From the NCBI GenBank assembly GCA_034521595.1, contig JAXHMG010000002.1:96001-160000 (forward strand): 64,000 nucleotides of DNA, written 5' to 3'. How positions within the stretch are numbered: position 1 is the stretch's first letter; every line of letters begins with the position of its first letter. Origin of the DNA: Gemmatimonadota bacterium (GTDB taxonomy: Bacteria > Gemmatimonadota > Gemmatimonadetes > Longimicrobiales > Gaopeijiaceae). The notes under the pieces were generated by a model, which worked only from the letters and a program-made list of their open reading frames with translations, did no database searches and was not told the origin of the DNA. Position numbers and translations under genes: made by a program. Shown here one piece after another: positions 1 to 9,951 of the stretch.

Positions 1-2
1 TC

Positions 3-1187
3 GGTCACTCCAAGAATCTTTCGGTCGAGGAAACCGTGGACCGGATTCCGACGATCGAGACCGACGGGCTACGCGGAGGCGTCGTCTACCACGACGGTCA
101 GTTCGACGACGCGAGGCTCCTCGTGCATCTGGCGATGACCGCCTCCGAGCAGGGTGCCACGTTGCTCAACTACACGCCCGTCACCGGCATCCTCAAGGAC
201 GAGCAAGGATTCACGAGCGGTGTCAGGGCACGGGACCTCGAGTCGGACACCGAGCTCGAGATTCCCGGCAAGGCCGTCGTGAACGCCACGGGGGCTTTCT
301 CCGACGCGGTCCGCGGCATGGACGACCCGTCCGCCCAGCCCATGATTCGGCCGAGCCAGGGCGTGCACATCGTCCTCGATCGGGGGTTCCTCCCCGGTGA
401 CGCCGCGATCATGGTACCACAGACGGACGACGGGCGCGTGCTGTTCGCGATTCCCTGGTGGAACCGGGTCATCGTGGGCACGACCGACACCAGCGTGAGC
501 GAGGTCGCCCTGGAGCCCCGTCCGCTTCGCGAGGAGGTCGACTTCCTCCTCTCCCACGCCGCGCACTACCTCACGCGCGACCCCGAGATGGACGATGTGC
601 GCAGCATCTTCGTCGGCATCCGCCCTCTGGTGGCCAAAACAGAAGCCGACGACACGTCCGAGATCTCCCGCGAGCACGCGCTCCGGGTGAGCAACTCCGG
701 TCTGCTCACGATCGCCGGCGGGAAGTGGACGACCTACCGGAAGATGGCCGAAGACGCCGTGGACGCCGCGGAGACCCTGGGCGACCTCGATCCCGCGCGG
801 TGCGTGACGGAGGAGCTCAACATCCACGGGTACCACCAGCACGCGGAGCGGTACGGCGCCTTGAGCGTCTACGGCTCGGACGCGCCGGCCATCCTGGAGC
901 TCTCCGAAGCCCGACCGGAGCTCGGTGAGCCCCTTCATGAGCATCTCGAGATCACCGGGGCGGAGGTCGTCTGGGCGTGCCGGGAAGAGATGGCGCGGAC
1001 GGTCGACGACATCCTCTCCCGGCGCACTCGATCCCTGATCTTCGACGCCCGTGCGGCAGTCGAGGCGGCGCCGTCGGTCGCGGCGCTTCTCGCGGAGGAG
1101 CTCGGACGGGACGACGCCTGGATCGACGCACAGGTCGAGGCGTTCCGGCAGATCGCCGAAGGGTATCTGCCGGAGGCGCTCGGCTAA
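3..1187 (+). CDS. glpD: FAD-dependent glycerol-3-phosphate dehydrogenase/oxidase (5' partial)
   Basis: Motifs DGQFDDARL, VVNATG, RPSQGVH, GGKWTTYRKMAE and LSRRTR; frame stays open to the window edge (GHSKNLSVEETV...). Confidence 0.9.
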   Translation, partial: GHSKNLSVEETVDRIPTIETDGLRGGVVYHDGQFDDARLLVHLAMTASEQGATLLNYTPVTGILKDEQGFTSGVRARDLESDTELEIPGKAVVNATGAFSDAVRGMDDPSAQPMIRPSQGVHIVLDRGFLPGDAAIMVPQTDDGRVLFAIPWWNRVIVGTTDTSVSEVALEPRPLREEVDFLLSHAAHYLTRDPEMDDVRSIFVGIRPLVAKTEADDTSEISREHALRVSNSGLLTIAGGKWTTYRKMAEDAVDAAETLGDLDPARCVTEELNIHGYHQHAERYGALSVYGSDAPAILELSEARPELGEPLHEHLEITGAEVVWACREEMARTVDDILSRRTRSLIFDARAAVEAAPSVAALLAEELGRDDAWIDAQVEAFRQIAEGYLPEALG

Positions 1188-1204
1188 AACTACCTCACCC
1201 CCCA

Positions 1205-1233
1205 TTGACGGAAAGCCCGATTTCCACGATGCT
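1205..1233 (+). promoter_or_regulatory. Putative sigma70 promoter of the csp gene (long 5' UTR)
   Basis: TTGACG-17 nt-GATGCT about 190 nt upstream of the csp start; long UTRs are typical of csp genes. Confidence 0.35.
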
Positions 1234-1423
1234 CAGGCATTGCTCCGGTGAACAGCGGAGCACGAATCTTGATTGAGGGCGGTAGTCTTCTTCGGGAGAT
1301 TGGCGTCTATTTTTTTTGTGACCAGGCAGGTCACGCACCGCGCGGGGACTTTCCGCGCACAGATGTAGTCGGGAAGTACGTATCATCGTTACTCCGACCA
1401 TCGACAATCCGAGGAGACGCTTG

Positions 1424-1630
1424 ATGCGTACCAAGGGCACCGTAAAGTGGTTCAACGATCAGAAGGGCTTCGGCTTCATCACGCCGGAGGACGGTAGCAA
1501 GGATTGCTTCGTCCATCACAACTCGATCCAGGCCGACGGCTTCAGGTCCCTCGCCGAGGGCGCCACGGTCGAATTCGACGTGGTCGAGAACGAGAAGGGG
1601 CCGGCGGCGGAGAACGTCGTCCAGATCTGA
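1424..1630 (+). CDS. csp: Cold-shock protein (CSD)
   Basis: GTVKWFN, KGFGFI (RNP1), FVH (RNP2), [17 protein letters not shown]. Confidence 0.97.
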   Translation: MRTKGTVKWFNDQKGFGFITPEDGSKDCFVHHNSIQADGFRSLAEGATVEFDVVENEKGPAAENVVQI

Positions 1631-1657
1631 GCCTTCGACGATTTCGTTGAACGGCCG

Positions 1658-1695
1658 AAGGGGCCGCCCGGTCACTGACCGGGCGGCCCCTTTTT
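1658..1695 (+). terminator. Intrinsic terminator
   Basis: Perfect inverted repeat AAGGGGCCGCCCGGTCA-C-TGACCGGGCGGCCCCTT running into a T-tract. Confidence 0.9.
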
Positions 1696-1802
1696 CGTGC
1701 CCGCCGGTGCGGGCGTCCACTCCAAATACGAAACCCCCTCACCGGCCGGGCCCGCGCCGATGAGGGGGTCACGTGCCGAACGGCACGCGGCAGTGAAGGC
1801 CG

Positions 1803-4505
1803 TTACCGCCGTTCAGTAACCCCGTTCAACGCCCCGTAGTAGATCCCGTTGAACAGGAACCCGAAGGTTCCATGGGACTGCGAGCGGAACGTGATCTTCG
1901 GTCCGAAGACGAAGATCTGTCCGTCTCCGTAGTCAGCCTCGAACGCTCCGACACCGTTCTCGAGGTATTCCTGACCCCACGCCCAGCCACTCTTCAGCGG
2001 GGTCGGCGTGTCGTACCACCCGATGCGGCGCACCTCCTCCGCTCCGGCCTCGATAGAGAAGGTCGGGCTGTGGCTGAACAGCACGTTCACGCGCTCCCCG
2101 TATCCGTGCGTCACGGGGCTGGTGTGATCCACCCGCATGTCGAGGATCGAGCCGGGTGTGAAATACTCCTCACGCGTGAGCGGCTCACCGTCCCGCACGA
2201 GGTGGTTCTCGACGGGAAGCCCGGCGTGGTAGGCGAGGTTCGCCGAGGAGCCGATCGCGATGGCCGCACCACCCTCCCGGACGAAGTCCAGGATGCGCGG
2301 CACGGTGGTCTCCACCGTCAAGCGACCGATCCGGTCCCGGTATTCCTCGGGTATCGACTCCGGATCGATGCCGCCTAGATCGCCGTTGCGGTCTTCGGCC
2401 GGGATGGCTCCGTCCTCGAAGAGCAGCACGTCGTATTCCGACAGGTCGTCCTCGTCGAGATCCGGCGGATAGAGCACGTCGAAATCGAACTCGAAGTCCT
2501 CCAAGATCATGCGCGTCCAGCCGGAAGGCATGGAGCCGCCGTACCGGTCCCACAGCCCGATCTTCACGGGTCCGAGCTCGACGGCCGGACCGGCCGGCCG
2601 GCCGCTGACTCCCACGAAGTCCAAGCCTTTTTCCTCGGCCAGCCGCTCCACCGTGGCGCGGTCCGTGTCGAGGTAGAACGCGCCGACGTCGAACGTGGTC
2701 CCTTCCGCGCGGACCTCGTCCGTGTACCACCACGCCGAGCCGTCCGAGCCGAGCACCCGGTTCACCGCGGTAAACGCGTCGTTGATGTGAGCCACGAGGT
2801 AGCCGCTCGCATCGGTCGGACCGGCGATGGTGCCCGCCGGCGGGGTGTCGATGACGTCCGGAATCAGTTCGAACGGCCCGTCGAAGCCTTCGAGCACGCG
2901 ATCGAATTCGATGCCCATCTGCCAAGCGAGGGTCCATCCCGTGTTGTCGTACGGCGCGGTGGGTGGGGCCCCCGGGTAGGCGAAGTCGTTCGGGTGCTGC
3001 TGCTCCTCGAACATGTCCAGCACGTGCGGGCGGAACGCCTGATCCGCCTTCACGATGTACGAGCCCGCCGGATACCGCTGTCCCTGCACCGTGAAGGCCT
3101 CGGCCGCCCGATGGACGTCCACGCCGTTGTACAGCAACGAGTTGACGAACTTCGTCGCCGTCGGGAAGTCGACCTGGCTCGACGGGATGATGAAGCCGCG
3201 CGGTTCCCGGTCCTCCGGATCACGCAGGTAGCGCGCCCAGTCGGCCCGGGTGCCACGATCCATCTCCTCGGCCGCTTCGTCGATCTCGAACGGAAGCGTG
3301 GTCCAGGAGTCACGGCTGCCGCGTTCGACCGAGTTCTTCCCCATCCGCCAGATGTTGAAGAGCAGGAGATCCGAATTGCGTGACGCGTAGTCCAGAACCG
3401 CCCAGTTCGCGGTCTGTGAATACTCCACGGACTGGCGGAAATGCCACGGCCCCGGCTCGACCGGCAGGGGATAGTCGGCCGACGGAAGCTGGGTCCTGGG
3501 CACGAACGGAATGTCGATCGGAGTCGGATGCCCGATGGTCTCCGTGAGCAATCCGATCATGTTCTTGAAGTACGGCGTCGTGCGCAGCCCGCCGTTCCAC
3601 CACGTCGAATACGGCGCGCCCGACCGCATGGTGGTGCCGCCCTTGTCCTCCCGCACGAAGCGGTGGTGCATGGCCGAGCCCACCTGATCCAGGCTGGTGA
3701 GGATCATGCCGTCGAGGTAGTGGTTCGGCGGATCACGGAACGGCGGCGCGAACATCACCGTGCCCGCCGGTCCGGTCTGGTGGTGGTTGTAGACGATCTG
3801 GGGGAACCACTCGCGATACATCGAGCGGTTCATGTTCCGCGTCTCCTCCAGGGCCGCCATGTAGAAGTCACGGTTGTTGTCGTGACCGGCGTACTTCTGA
3901 TAGAGGACGGGAACGCCGGACGTGGTCCGCTCGAGCGGATCGTCGTGCCGCATGTACCAGTTGGCGTACAAGTCGTGACCGTCCGGGTTCGCGTGGGTCG
4001 CGAGGATGATCACGTCGTCGAGGATGCGGAGCGTCTCGTCGTCGGTGTAGTCGTTCAGCCGGTACACCATCTCGGCGAGCTGCTGTGCCCCGAGGACCTC
4101 GCTCGCGTGCAGGCCCCCGTCGATCCAGACGACGGCCTTCCCTTCCTCGGCGAGCCCGCGAGCATCTTCCTCGGTCAGATCGCCGACCTTGGCGAGCCGT
4201 CGCGCGATGTCCCGGTAGCGATCGATGTTCGCGTGATTCTCGGGCGAGGTGATGATCGCCTGGATTTGCGGACGCCCCTCCTCGGTCGTGCCGATGGTGT
4301 CGAGCACCATGCGGTCGGACTGGCCGGCCAGCGTGATCCAGTAGTCGTGCAGCTCCTGGTAATTGACCAGCTCGTAGTCGGCTCCGAGCTGGTGTCCGAA
4401 CCGCTCCTCCGGTGTCGTGACCCGGTCCTGCGCCAACGCCGGAACGGCCAGCGTCAGGACGAGGAGAAGGGTCGACCAGGCCGGACGTGATAGTCGTCTG
4501 CCCAT
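1803..4505 (-). CDS. Secreted M14 zinc carboxypeptidase-family protein
   Basis: Signal peptide; GLHASE (HxxE), NPDG, DNNRD, HHQ zinc motifs; C-terminal GATase-like domain. Confidence 0.85.
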   Translation of the reverse strand: MGRRLSRPAWSTLLLVLTLAVPALAQDRVTTPEERFGHQLGADYELVNYQELHDYWITLAGQSDRMVLDTIGTTEEGRPQIQAIITSPENHANIDRYRDIARRLAKVGDLTEEDARGLAEEGKAVVWIDGGLHASEVLGAQQLAEMVYRLNDYTDDETLRILDDVIILATHANPDGHDLYANWYMRHDDPLERTTSGVPVLYQKYAGHDNNRDFYMAALEETRNMNRSMYREWFPQIVYNHHQTGPAGTVMFAPPFRDPPNHYLDGMILTSLDQVGSAMHHRFVREDKGGTTMRSGAPYSTWWNGGLRTTPYFKNMIGLLTETIGHPTPIDIPFVPRTQLPSADYPLPVEPGPWHFRQSVEYSQTANWAVLDYASRNSDLLLFNIWRMGKNSVERGSRDSWTTLPFEIDEAAEEMDRGTRADWARYLRDPEDREPRGFIIPSSQVDFPTATKFVNSLLYNGVDVHRAAEAFTVQGQRYPAGSYIVKADQAFRPHVLDMFEEQQHPNDFAYPGAPPTAPYDNTGWTLAWQMGIEFDRVLEGFDGPFELIPDVIDTPPAGTIAGPTDASGYLVAHINDAFTAVNRVLGSDGSAWWYTDEVRAEGTTFDVGAFYLDTDRATVERLAEEKGLDFVGVSGRPAGPAVELGPVKIGLWDRYGGSMPSGWTRMILEDFEFDFDVLYPPDLDEDDLSEYDVLLFEDGAIPAEDRNGDLGGIDPESIPEEYRDRIGRLTVETTVPRILDFVREGGAAIAIGSSANLAYHAGLPVENHLVRDGEPLTREEYFTPGSILDMRVDHTSPVTHGYGERVNVLFSHSPTFSIEAGAEEVRRIGWYDTPTPLKSGWAWGQEYLENGVGAFEADYGDGQIFVFGPKITFRSQSHGTFGFLFNGIYYGALNGVTERR

Positions 4506-4629
4506 GTCTCGTGGCGCTCCCTGTATCATGTATGGATCGAATGCGGAATGCATCCAAACGCGGCGGGATGGTATCTACCTTTATTCACCGCAACGGCGAC
4601 CACGTTCCCGCAGCAACCCACCAGGCAGG

Positions 4630-5289
4630 TCAGCTATCCCCCCCCGAGCCCCCGACGAGCGGCACGAATTGAACTCGTCCGAGCGAGGTACGCTCGAAGG
4701 TGCCACGCTCGCTACGCTCCATCCGTACGAGCTCCTGTCCGCCCGTCCCCTCACCCACCGGGATCACCAAGCGCCCGCCTTCCGCGAGTTGATCGAACAG
4801 GGCCGGCGGAACCTCGCGTCCACCAGCCGACACCAGAATCGCGTCGAACGGAGCCTCGTCCGGCAGGCCGAGCGTTCCGTCGCCGGCGATCACGTCTACG
4901 TTGTCGTAATCGAGATCCGCCACGCGCGCGGCGGCCATCCGGGCCAGGGGCTCGTGCCGCTCGATGGCGAACACCTCCCGCGCGATCCGCCCGAGCACGG
5001 CGGCGGCGTACCCCGACCCCGCGCCGACCTCGAGGACCCGGTCGTCCGGCCCCAGCGAGAGCGCTTCGGCCATGAGCGCGACGATGTACGGCTGGGAGAT
5101 CGTCTGCCCCTCACCGATGGGCAGGGGCCGGTCCTCGTATGCCTCGGCCCGGACCGTCTCGGGCACGAAGCGCTCCCTGGGGACGGTGCGCATGGCATCC
5201 AGCACCAACGGATCGCGGACGCCCCTACGCATGATTTGCCGCCGCACCATCCTTTCCCGAGCGTCGGCGAGTGAAGCGTCTCCGGACAT
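4630..5289 (-). CDS. pcm: Protein-L-isoaspartate O-methyltransferase
   Basis: GQTISQPY, VLEVGAGSGY, APFDAI, FVPL motifs. Confidence 0.95.
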   Translation of the reverse strand: MSGDASLADARERMVRRQIMRRGVRDPLVLDAMRTVPRERFVPETVRAEAYEDRPLPIGEGQTISQPYIVALMAEALSLGPDDRVLEVGAGSGYAAAVLGRIAREVFAIERHEPLARMAAARVADLDYDNVDVIAGDGTLGLPDEAPFDAILVSAGGREVPPALFDQLAEGGRLVIPVGEGTGGQELVRMERSERGTFERTSLGRVQFVPLVGGSGGDS

Positions 5290-5295
5290 CCCGCC

Positions 5296-7905
5296 CTACC
5301 GGCCGGGTCCCAGCAACACCGCGTTCATGAACAGGAGCATCGTCGCCTCGGCGTACGCGCGGTAGTTCGGGTCCTCGGCGAACGCCACCACCTGTCCGCT
5401 CCCCGACGGCTCGTGCAGCAGAAAGCCCTTGTTCGCAAGCTGCGGACGACCTTCCTCCCAGACGATCCCGCTGAGCACCAGGTCGTCCAGGCTCCCGTAG
5501 CGCCCCACGTTCGTCCCGTCGTCCAGGGTCAGGGGCGTGAAGACGCGCGAGCCCTCGACCAGCGCTCCGATCTCGCCGTCCGTTCCGGCGGCGAGCCAGT
5601 GCTCGGTATCGAGGACGACGCTCAGGATCGCGCCCGGCACCGAAGCCGGCGCTTCGTCTTCCGGCACGATCGCCTCGAGATAGTCGATGGGCTGCTCCGG
5701 AGTGCCTTCGGCCGGCGGCTCCTCGTCCGGCGCCCGTCCCCCGCGTCGCTCGGCGTGGGTGGAGAGCAAGCCGGCGCGCGTGGCCCATGCCGTGGAGCCG
5801 GCCATGGTGATCAGCGTGCCACCCTCGGAGACCCAGTCCCGGAGGTCGTCCACGAGGCCGTCGGACACCGCGCCGGAATAGTTGCCGCTCGGGAAGACGA
5901 TGACGTCGTACTCGGGGAGCGGCGCCTGAGCGAGCGCGGAGGTCCGCACGGCCGTCGTCCGCTGGCCGTAGCGCCGTTCGAGAACGTAGCGCGCCCACCC
6001 CACCGAGTAGGTCGAGCCGGGCCGGTCGTAGACCAGCAGCACCTTCGGCTCACGGAGCGCGCGAGCACTCGCGCTGCCCAGAGAGACGCCCTCGGTCACG
6101 TACGAGTCGTCGATGGGGACGACCTCGGCGCCGTGGCGTCCCGCGATGCGGCCCAGGCGCTCCGGCAGGTCGTCGTCGTTCTCGGCGACCCGCACGATCG
6201 CCGTGCCGACCCCGTACGACCGCCCGTCCAGCTCGAACGCGCCGCCCGCCGCGCGGATCCGGATCCCCTCGCGCAACGCCTCCGTCACGGCGGCCGCGGT
6301 CGTCGTGCTCCACGGCATCAGGTAGCCGACGGTCGCCTCCGGGAGCGGAGTCGCTCTCTCGGGCCGCTCCGCCTCGAGCGCCGGGCCGGCGACGCCCGTA
6401 GCGTCCACCGATTCGAGCACTTCGACATCCCACAAGAGTGACTGGCTCCAGGCGGTGAGGTCGTAGATCTCGTCGCTCTCCCGGCGGGCGCGTCGCTCGA
6501 TCTGCCGCTCGACGAACTCCGGGTCCATCGGCACGTGACGGTCGAGCAGATTGCGCGCGAGCCGGCTCGCGGGCTGGGCCAGGGGAAGGATGTAGGTGCC
6601 ACGTGCGGGAAGCGTGCGGTCACCCACAGAAACGGAGCCGGTGGCCTCCCGGACCTCGATCCCGTTGCGCACCATGAGCCGGGCCAGCCGCTCCGCCGCA
6701 CCCGGGTCGTGCGCGGAATGGAGCACCAACTCGGCCGTGCCTTCGCGTCCCATCTCGATCCCGTCCCGCCGGTAGGCGAGATAGTCGCGCAGGATGCGCT
6801 CGCGGTTGCGCGCCGCGGTCTCGGCCGTCGTGAGCGCGGCCGTGAAGTGGTGAAGGACGCCGTCCCCGTACGTCAGCAGATCCCCGTCGTCGCGCTCGAG
6901 GACGAGCGCACGGGCCGAGGCCTGCTCGTAGGTCATGCCCAGCGCGCCGTGCCCCGTCGGCCAACCGTCCACGTACCCCGGGTAGAAGAGGTCGTAGACG
7001 TTGCGGTTGAAGTAGGAGAATCCTCTTTCGTCGAACGCCGCGGCGTTGGCCCGGCCGAACACGTCCATGAGCGCCAGCTGCCGCTCCCCGTACCAGGGGT
7101 TCGTGGGCTCGGCCGTGGGCGGGAAAAAGTACGTCGAGTTCCCGCTCATCTCGTGCAGGTCGACGACGATGTGCGGCCAGAAGTCGAGGAAGAGCTCCGT
7201 GCGCCCCCGGGTCTCGGGCTGGCTCTGGATGAACATGTCCCGGTTCAGGTCGAACAAGTAGTGGTTCACCCGTCCCCCGGGCCACGGCTCGTCGTGCTCG
7301 GCCGAATAGCTCTCCGGGCTGGGCCACCGCGCACGCGCTTGGAGGTCCTCGTGCACGAAGCGCGCACGCCCGTCGGGGTTCTCGGAGGGGTCGACGAGGA
7401 CGAGCGACTCCTCGAGCACGAGGTCCACGACGGGATCGTCCTCGGCCGCCAGGAGGTGATAAGCCTCCGCCATGGCCGCGCCGGTCGAGCTGATCTCGTT
7501 CCCGTGGATCCCGTGCATCAGCGCGGTGACGACCGGCGTGCGAGCGATGAGCGCCTCCGCGTCGCTCTCGCTCAAGCCCTCGGGATGGGCCAGCCGCTCC
7601 AGGTCGGCCCGAACCTCGTCGAGACGCGCGATCCGCTCCGCGGCTCCGATGACGAGCACGAGGAGCGGACGTCCTTCCCAGCTCTCGGCGTACTGGAGCA
7701 GACGCGTGCGGTCCGGCGCGGCCTCCGCGAGCGCTTCCATGTACCGAACGACGTCGTTCGGAGTCGTGATCTCCTCGTGGACCTCGTGACCCACCACCTC
7801 TTCGAGGGTCGGAATCGACGCGTCGTATGTGGTCCCCGGCGCCAACGCCTGGGGCGGAGCCGGGACCTGCAGCAGCGCGAAGAGGGCGAGCGTTCCGATC
7901 GTCAT
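5296..7905 (-). CDS. Secreted M14 zinc carboxypeptidase-family protein
   Basis: IHGNE, NPDGR, FDLNRD, DLHEM motifs; start chosen at MTIG after a GAGG RBS. Confidence 0.85.
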   Translation of the reverse strand: MTIGTLALFALLQVPAPPQALAPGTTYDASIPTLEEVVGHEVHEEITTPNDVVRYMEALAEAAPDRTRLLQYAESWEGRPLLVLVIGAAERIARLDEVRADLERLAHPEGLSESDAEALIARTPVVTALMHGIHGNEISSTGAAMAEAYHLLAAEDDPVVDLVLEESLVLVDPSENPDGRARFVHEDLQARARWPSPESYSAEHDEPWPGGRVNHYLFDLNRDMFIQSQPETRGRTELFLDFWPHIVVDLHEMSGNSTYFFPPTAEPTNPWYGERQLALMDVFGRANAAAFDERGFSYFNRNVYDLFYPGYVDGWPTGHGALGMTYEQASARALVLERDDGDLLTYGDGVLHHFTAALTTAETAARNRERILRDYLAYRRDGIEMGREGTAELVLHSAHDPGAAERLARLMVRNGIEVREATGSVSVGDRTLPARGTYILPLAQPASRLARNLLDRHVPMDPEFVERQIERRARRESDEIYDLTAWSQSLLWDVEVLESVDATGVAGPALEAERPERATPLPEATVGYLMPWSTTTAAAVTEALREGIRIRAAGGAFELDGRSYGVGTAIVRVAENDDDLPERLGRIAGRHGAEVVPIDDSYVTEGVSLGSASARALREPKVLLVYDRPGSTYSVGWARYVLERRYGQRTTAVRTSALAQAPLPEYDVIVFPSGNYSGAVSDGLVDDLRDWVSEGGTLITMAGSTAWATRAGLLSTHAERRGGRAPDEEPPAEGTPEQPIDYLEAIVPEDEAPASVPGAILSVVLDTEHWLAAGTDGEIGALVEGSRVFTPLTLDDGTNVGRYGSLDDLVLSGIVWEEGRPQLANKGFLLHEPSGSGQVVAFAEDPNYRAYAEATMLLFMNAVLLGPGR

Positions 7906-7978
7906 GTCGTCCACCTCGATGTCGGAGGTGCCGGGCCGGAGCGGCGCGCCCGGCGCCCGCACCCGGACGGCGTCGGTG

Positions 7979-8170
7979 TCACACGGCGCAGGTCATGTCC
8001 TGCGCACAGCACATGGGCGATTTGATCATCCCGTGGCCCTCGGGGCACTTGGAAACCGCGATGCTGCTGCCGTCATCCTTGGTCAACGTGTCGTGAACCA
8101 ACTCGCTGTCGCACTTGGCGCAGGTCATGTTCACGCTCATTCCGCACTGGTCGCATGTGTAGGTCGCCAT
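7979..8170 (-). CDS. Small Cys-rich metal-binding protein (63 aa)
   Basis: 8 Cys arranged CxxC, CxxC, CxxxH, CC; GGAG RBS; GC3-rich codons. Confidence 0.75.
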   Translation of the reverse strand: MATYTCDQCGMSVNMTCAKCDSELVHDTLTKDDGSSIAVSKCPEGHGMIKSPMCCAQDMTCAV

Positions 8171-8243
8171 GGTGTGCTCCTGGTCCGGGTGGTATGAGGG
8201 TCTCGCTCACTCAGCCTGATATGAACGCGTCGGCAGCCTGCGT

Positions 8244-9866
8244 TCAAGGGCGTCCGTCCGGGGAACCGCTCGCACGGCCGAGCGCTGCGGCCGCGCGCAA
8301 CACCCCTCCGTCGTCCCACGGCCGGCCCGCGAGCTGCGTGCCGAGCGGAAGCCCGTTGGCGCCGGAACCGAACGGGACGCTGACCGTCGGCCATCCGAGC
8401 GCGTTGAAGGGATTCGTGAAGCGCGTCGAGGCCGCCACGCCCAGCTCCGGCGCGACGTCGGGCTGACAGGGCGTGCTCAGCACGTCGACCCGCTCCCACA
8501 ACCGCCGCCATCGTTCCCGGATCGCACGGCGCACCGTCTGGGCGCGCAGCATGTCGTCGAATCCGTACGCGAAGGCTCCCACGAGCCGGCCCCGGCAGAA
8601 GCGGCCGTACTTCCCGTAGTGGCGACGCAGCCCTTCCGCGTGATACGCGGCGGCCTCGACCGCGAGCATCTGGGCCGAGACCCGCCAGAGCAGGTGCATG
8701 TCCGAAAGATCGACCTCGACCAGTCGCGCGCCCATGTCTTCGAGCGCCCGGTTGGAGGCCCGCCAAGCGGAGACCGCATCCGCCGATCCCAGGTCCTGCC
8801 CCGAACCGTCCGTCCCCATGACTCCCACGCGGAGCCCGGCGAGATCCGGCGCCCCGGTGCCGACGCCGACGCCCTCGGCCCGAAAGTCGCTGCCCGACCG
8901 GGTCCTGGCGTCCCGGCCGTCGGGACCGGCGAGCGCTTCGAGCACCAGCGCCGCGTCTTCGGCCGAGCGGGCAAGCGGTCCCAGATGGTCGAGCGACCAG
9001 GCGAGGGGAACGCAGCCGAACAGGCTCACGCGGCCGAAGGTCGGCTTGTGTCCCACCACCCCGCAGAGCGCCGCGGGTATGCGCACGGAGCCACCGGTGT
9101 CCGTTCCGAGAGCAGCGTATACGCATTCGGTGGCAACGGCCGCGGCCGATCCGCTGCTCGAGCCGCCGGCGTCGCGCTCCGGGTCACGTGGGTTACGGGT
9201 CGGGCCGAAGTGCGGGTTGGTCGATCCCGGCCAGTACGCGAACTCGGAGAGCCGGGTCTTTCCCACGATCACCGCCCCGGCGGCCGCGAAGCGCTCCACC
9301 GCGGCCGCGTCGACCGTGCTCGCGTGGCCCGTCCGCACCTCCGAGCCCGCCGTCGTCGGTGTGCCCCGCATCTCCAGGAGGTCCTTGATCGCGACCGGGA
9401 CGCCGTGGAGCGGACCCCGGTAGTCCCCGCGACCGATCTCTTCCTCGGCCCGTCGGGCCGCCTCCATGGCGGAATCGGTCAACAGGGTCTGAAACAGATT
9501 CAGTTCCCGGTCCCGCGCATCGATCCGGTCGAGCGCCCGCTTGGTGAGCTCCACCGGGGATACCACCCTCCGGCGAACGAGCTCGGCCACGCCCGTGAGC
9601 GTGCTCGGAATCCCGTCGCTCTCGCCCCGCGATTCCTGGGACGATCCCGCGAGGCCGGAGCCCGACGCAGCCCGGTCATCCGGCTCCCACGATCCCAGGA
9701 AATCCGGCTCCCCGGCGGCTTCGGCATGTCGGAGCGTCTCCACGGTCTCGACGACGCGCTCGAGGTAGCCGTCCGCCTCGATCCGCTCCAGATCCTCTTC
9801 CGTCACGGGGATCTGCGCGGCGGCGAGATTCGCCCGCAGGCGGTCCATCGCCGAGCCCTTCCGCAT
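8244..9866 (-). CDS. Amidase-signature family protein (GatA-like)
   Basis: GPLHGVPVAIKD, GGSSSGS, GTDTGGSVRIPA. Confidence 0.9.
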   Translation of the reverse strand: MRKGSAMDRLRANLAAAQIPVTEEDLERIEADGYLERVVETVETLRHAEAAGEPDFLGSWEPDDRAASGSGLAGSSQESRGESDGIPSTLTGVAELVRRRVVSPVELTKRALDRIDARDRELNLFQTLLTDSAMEAARRAEEEIGRGDYRGPLHGVPVAIKDLLEMRGTPTTAGSEVRTGHASTVDAAAVERFAAAGAVIVGKTRLSEFAYWPGSTNPHFGPTRNPRDPERDAGGSSSGSAAAVATECVYAALGTDTGGSVRIPAALCGVVGHKPTFGRVSLFGCVPLAWSLDHLGPLARSAEDAALVLEALAGPDGRDARTRSGSDFRAEGVGVGTGAPDLAGLRVGVMGTDGSGQDLGSADAVSAWRASNRALEDMGARLVEVDLSDMHLLWRVSAQMLAVEAAAYHAEGLRRHYGKYGRFCRGRLVGAFAYGFDDMLRAQTVRRAIRERWRRLWERVDVLSTPCQPDVAPELGVAASTRFTNPFNALGWPTVSVPFGSGANGLPLGTQLAGRPWDDGGVLRAAAALGRASGSPDGRP

Positions 9867-9951
9867 GGATCCCTCCCCGGTCACGAGTCCCACCCCCGAT
9901 CCTCCGCCAGCGTCCACGAGGCGGGGAGCACGACCTCACTCCGGCCCAGCA

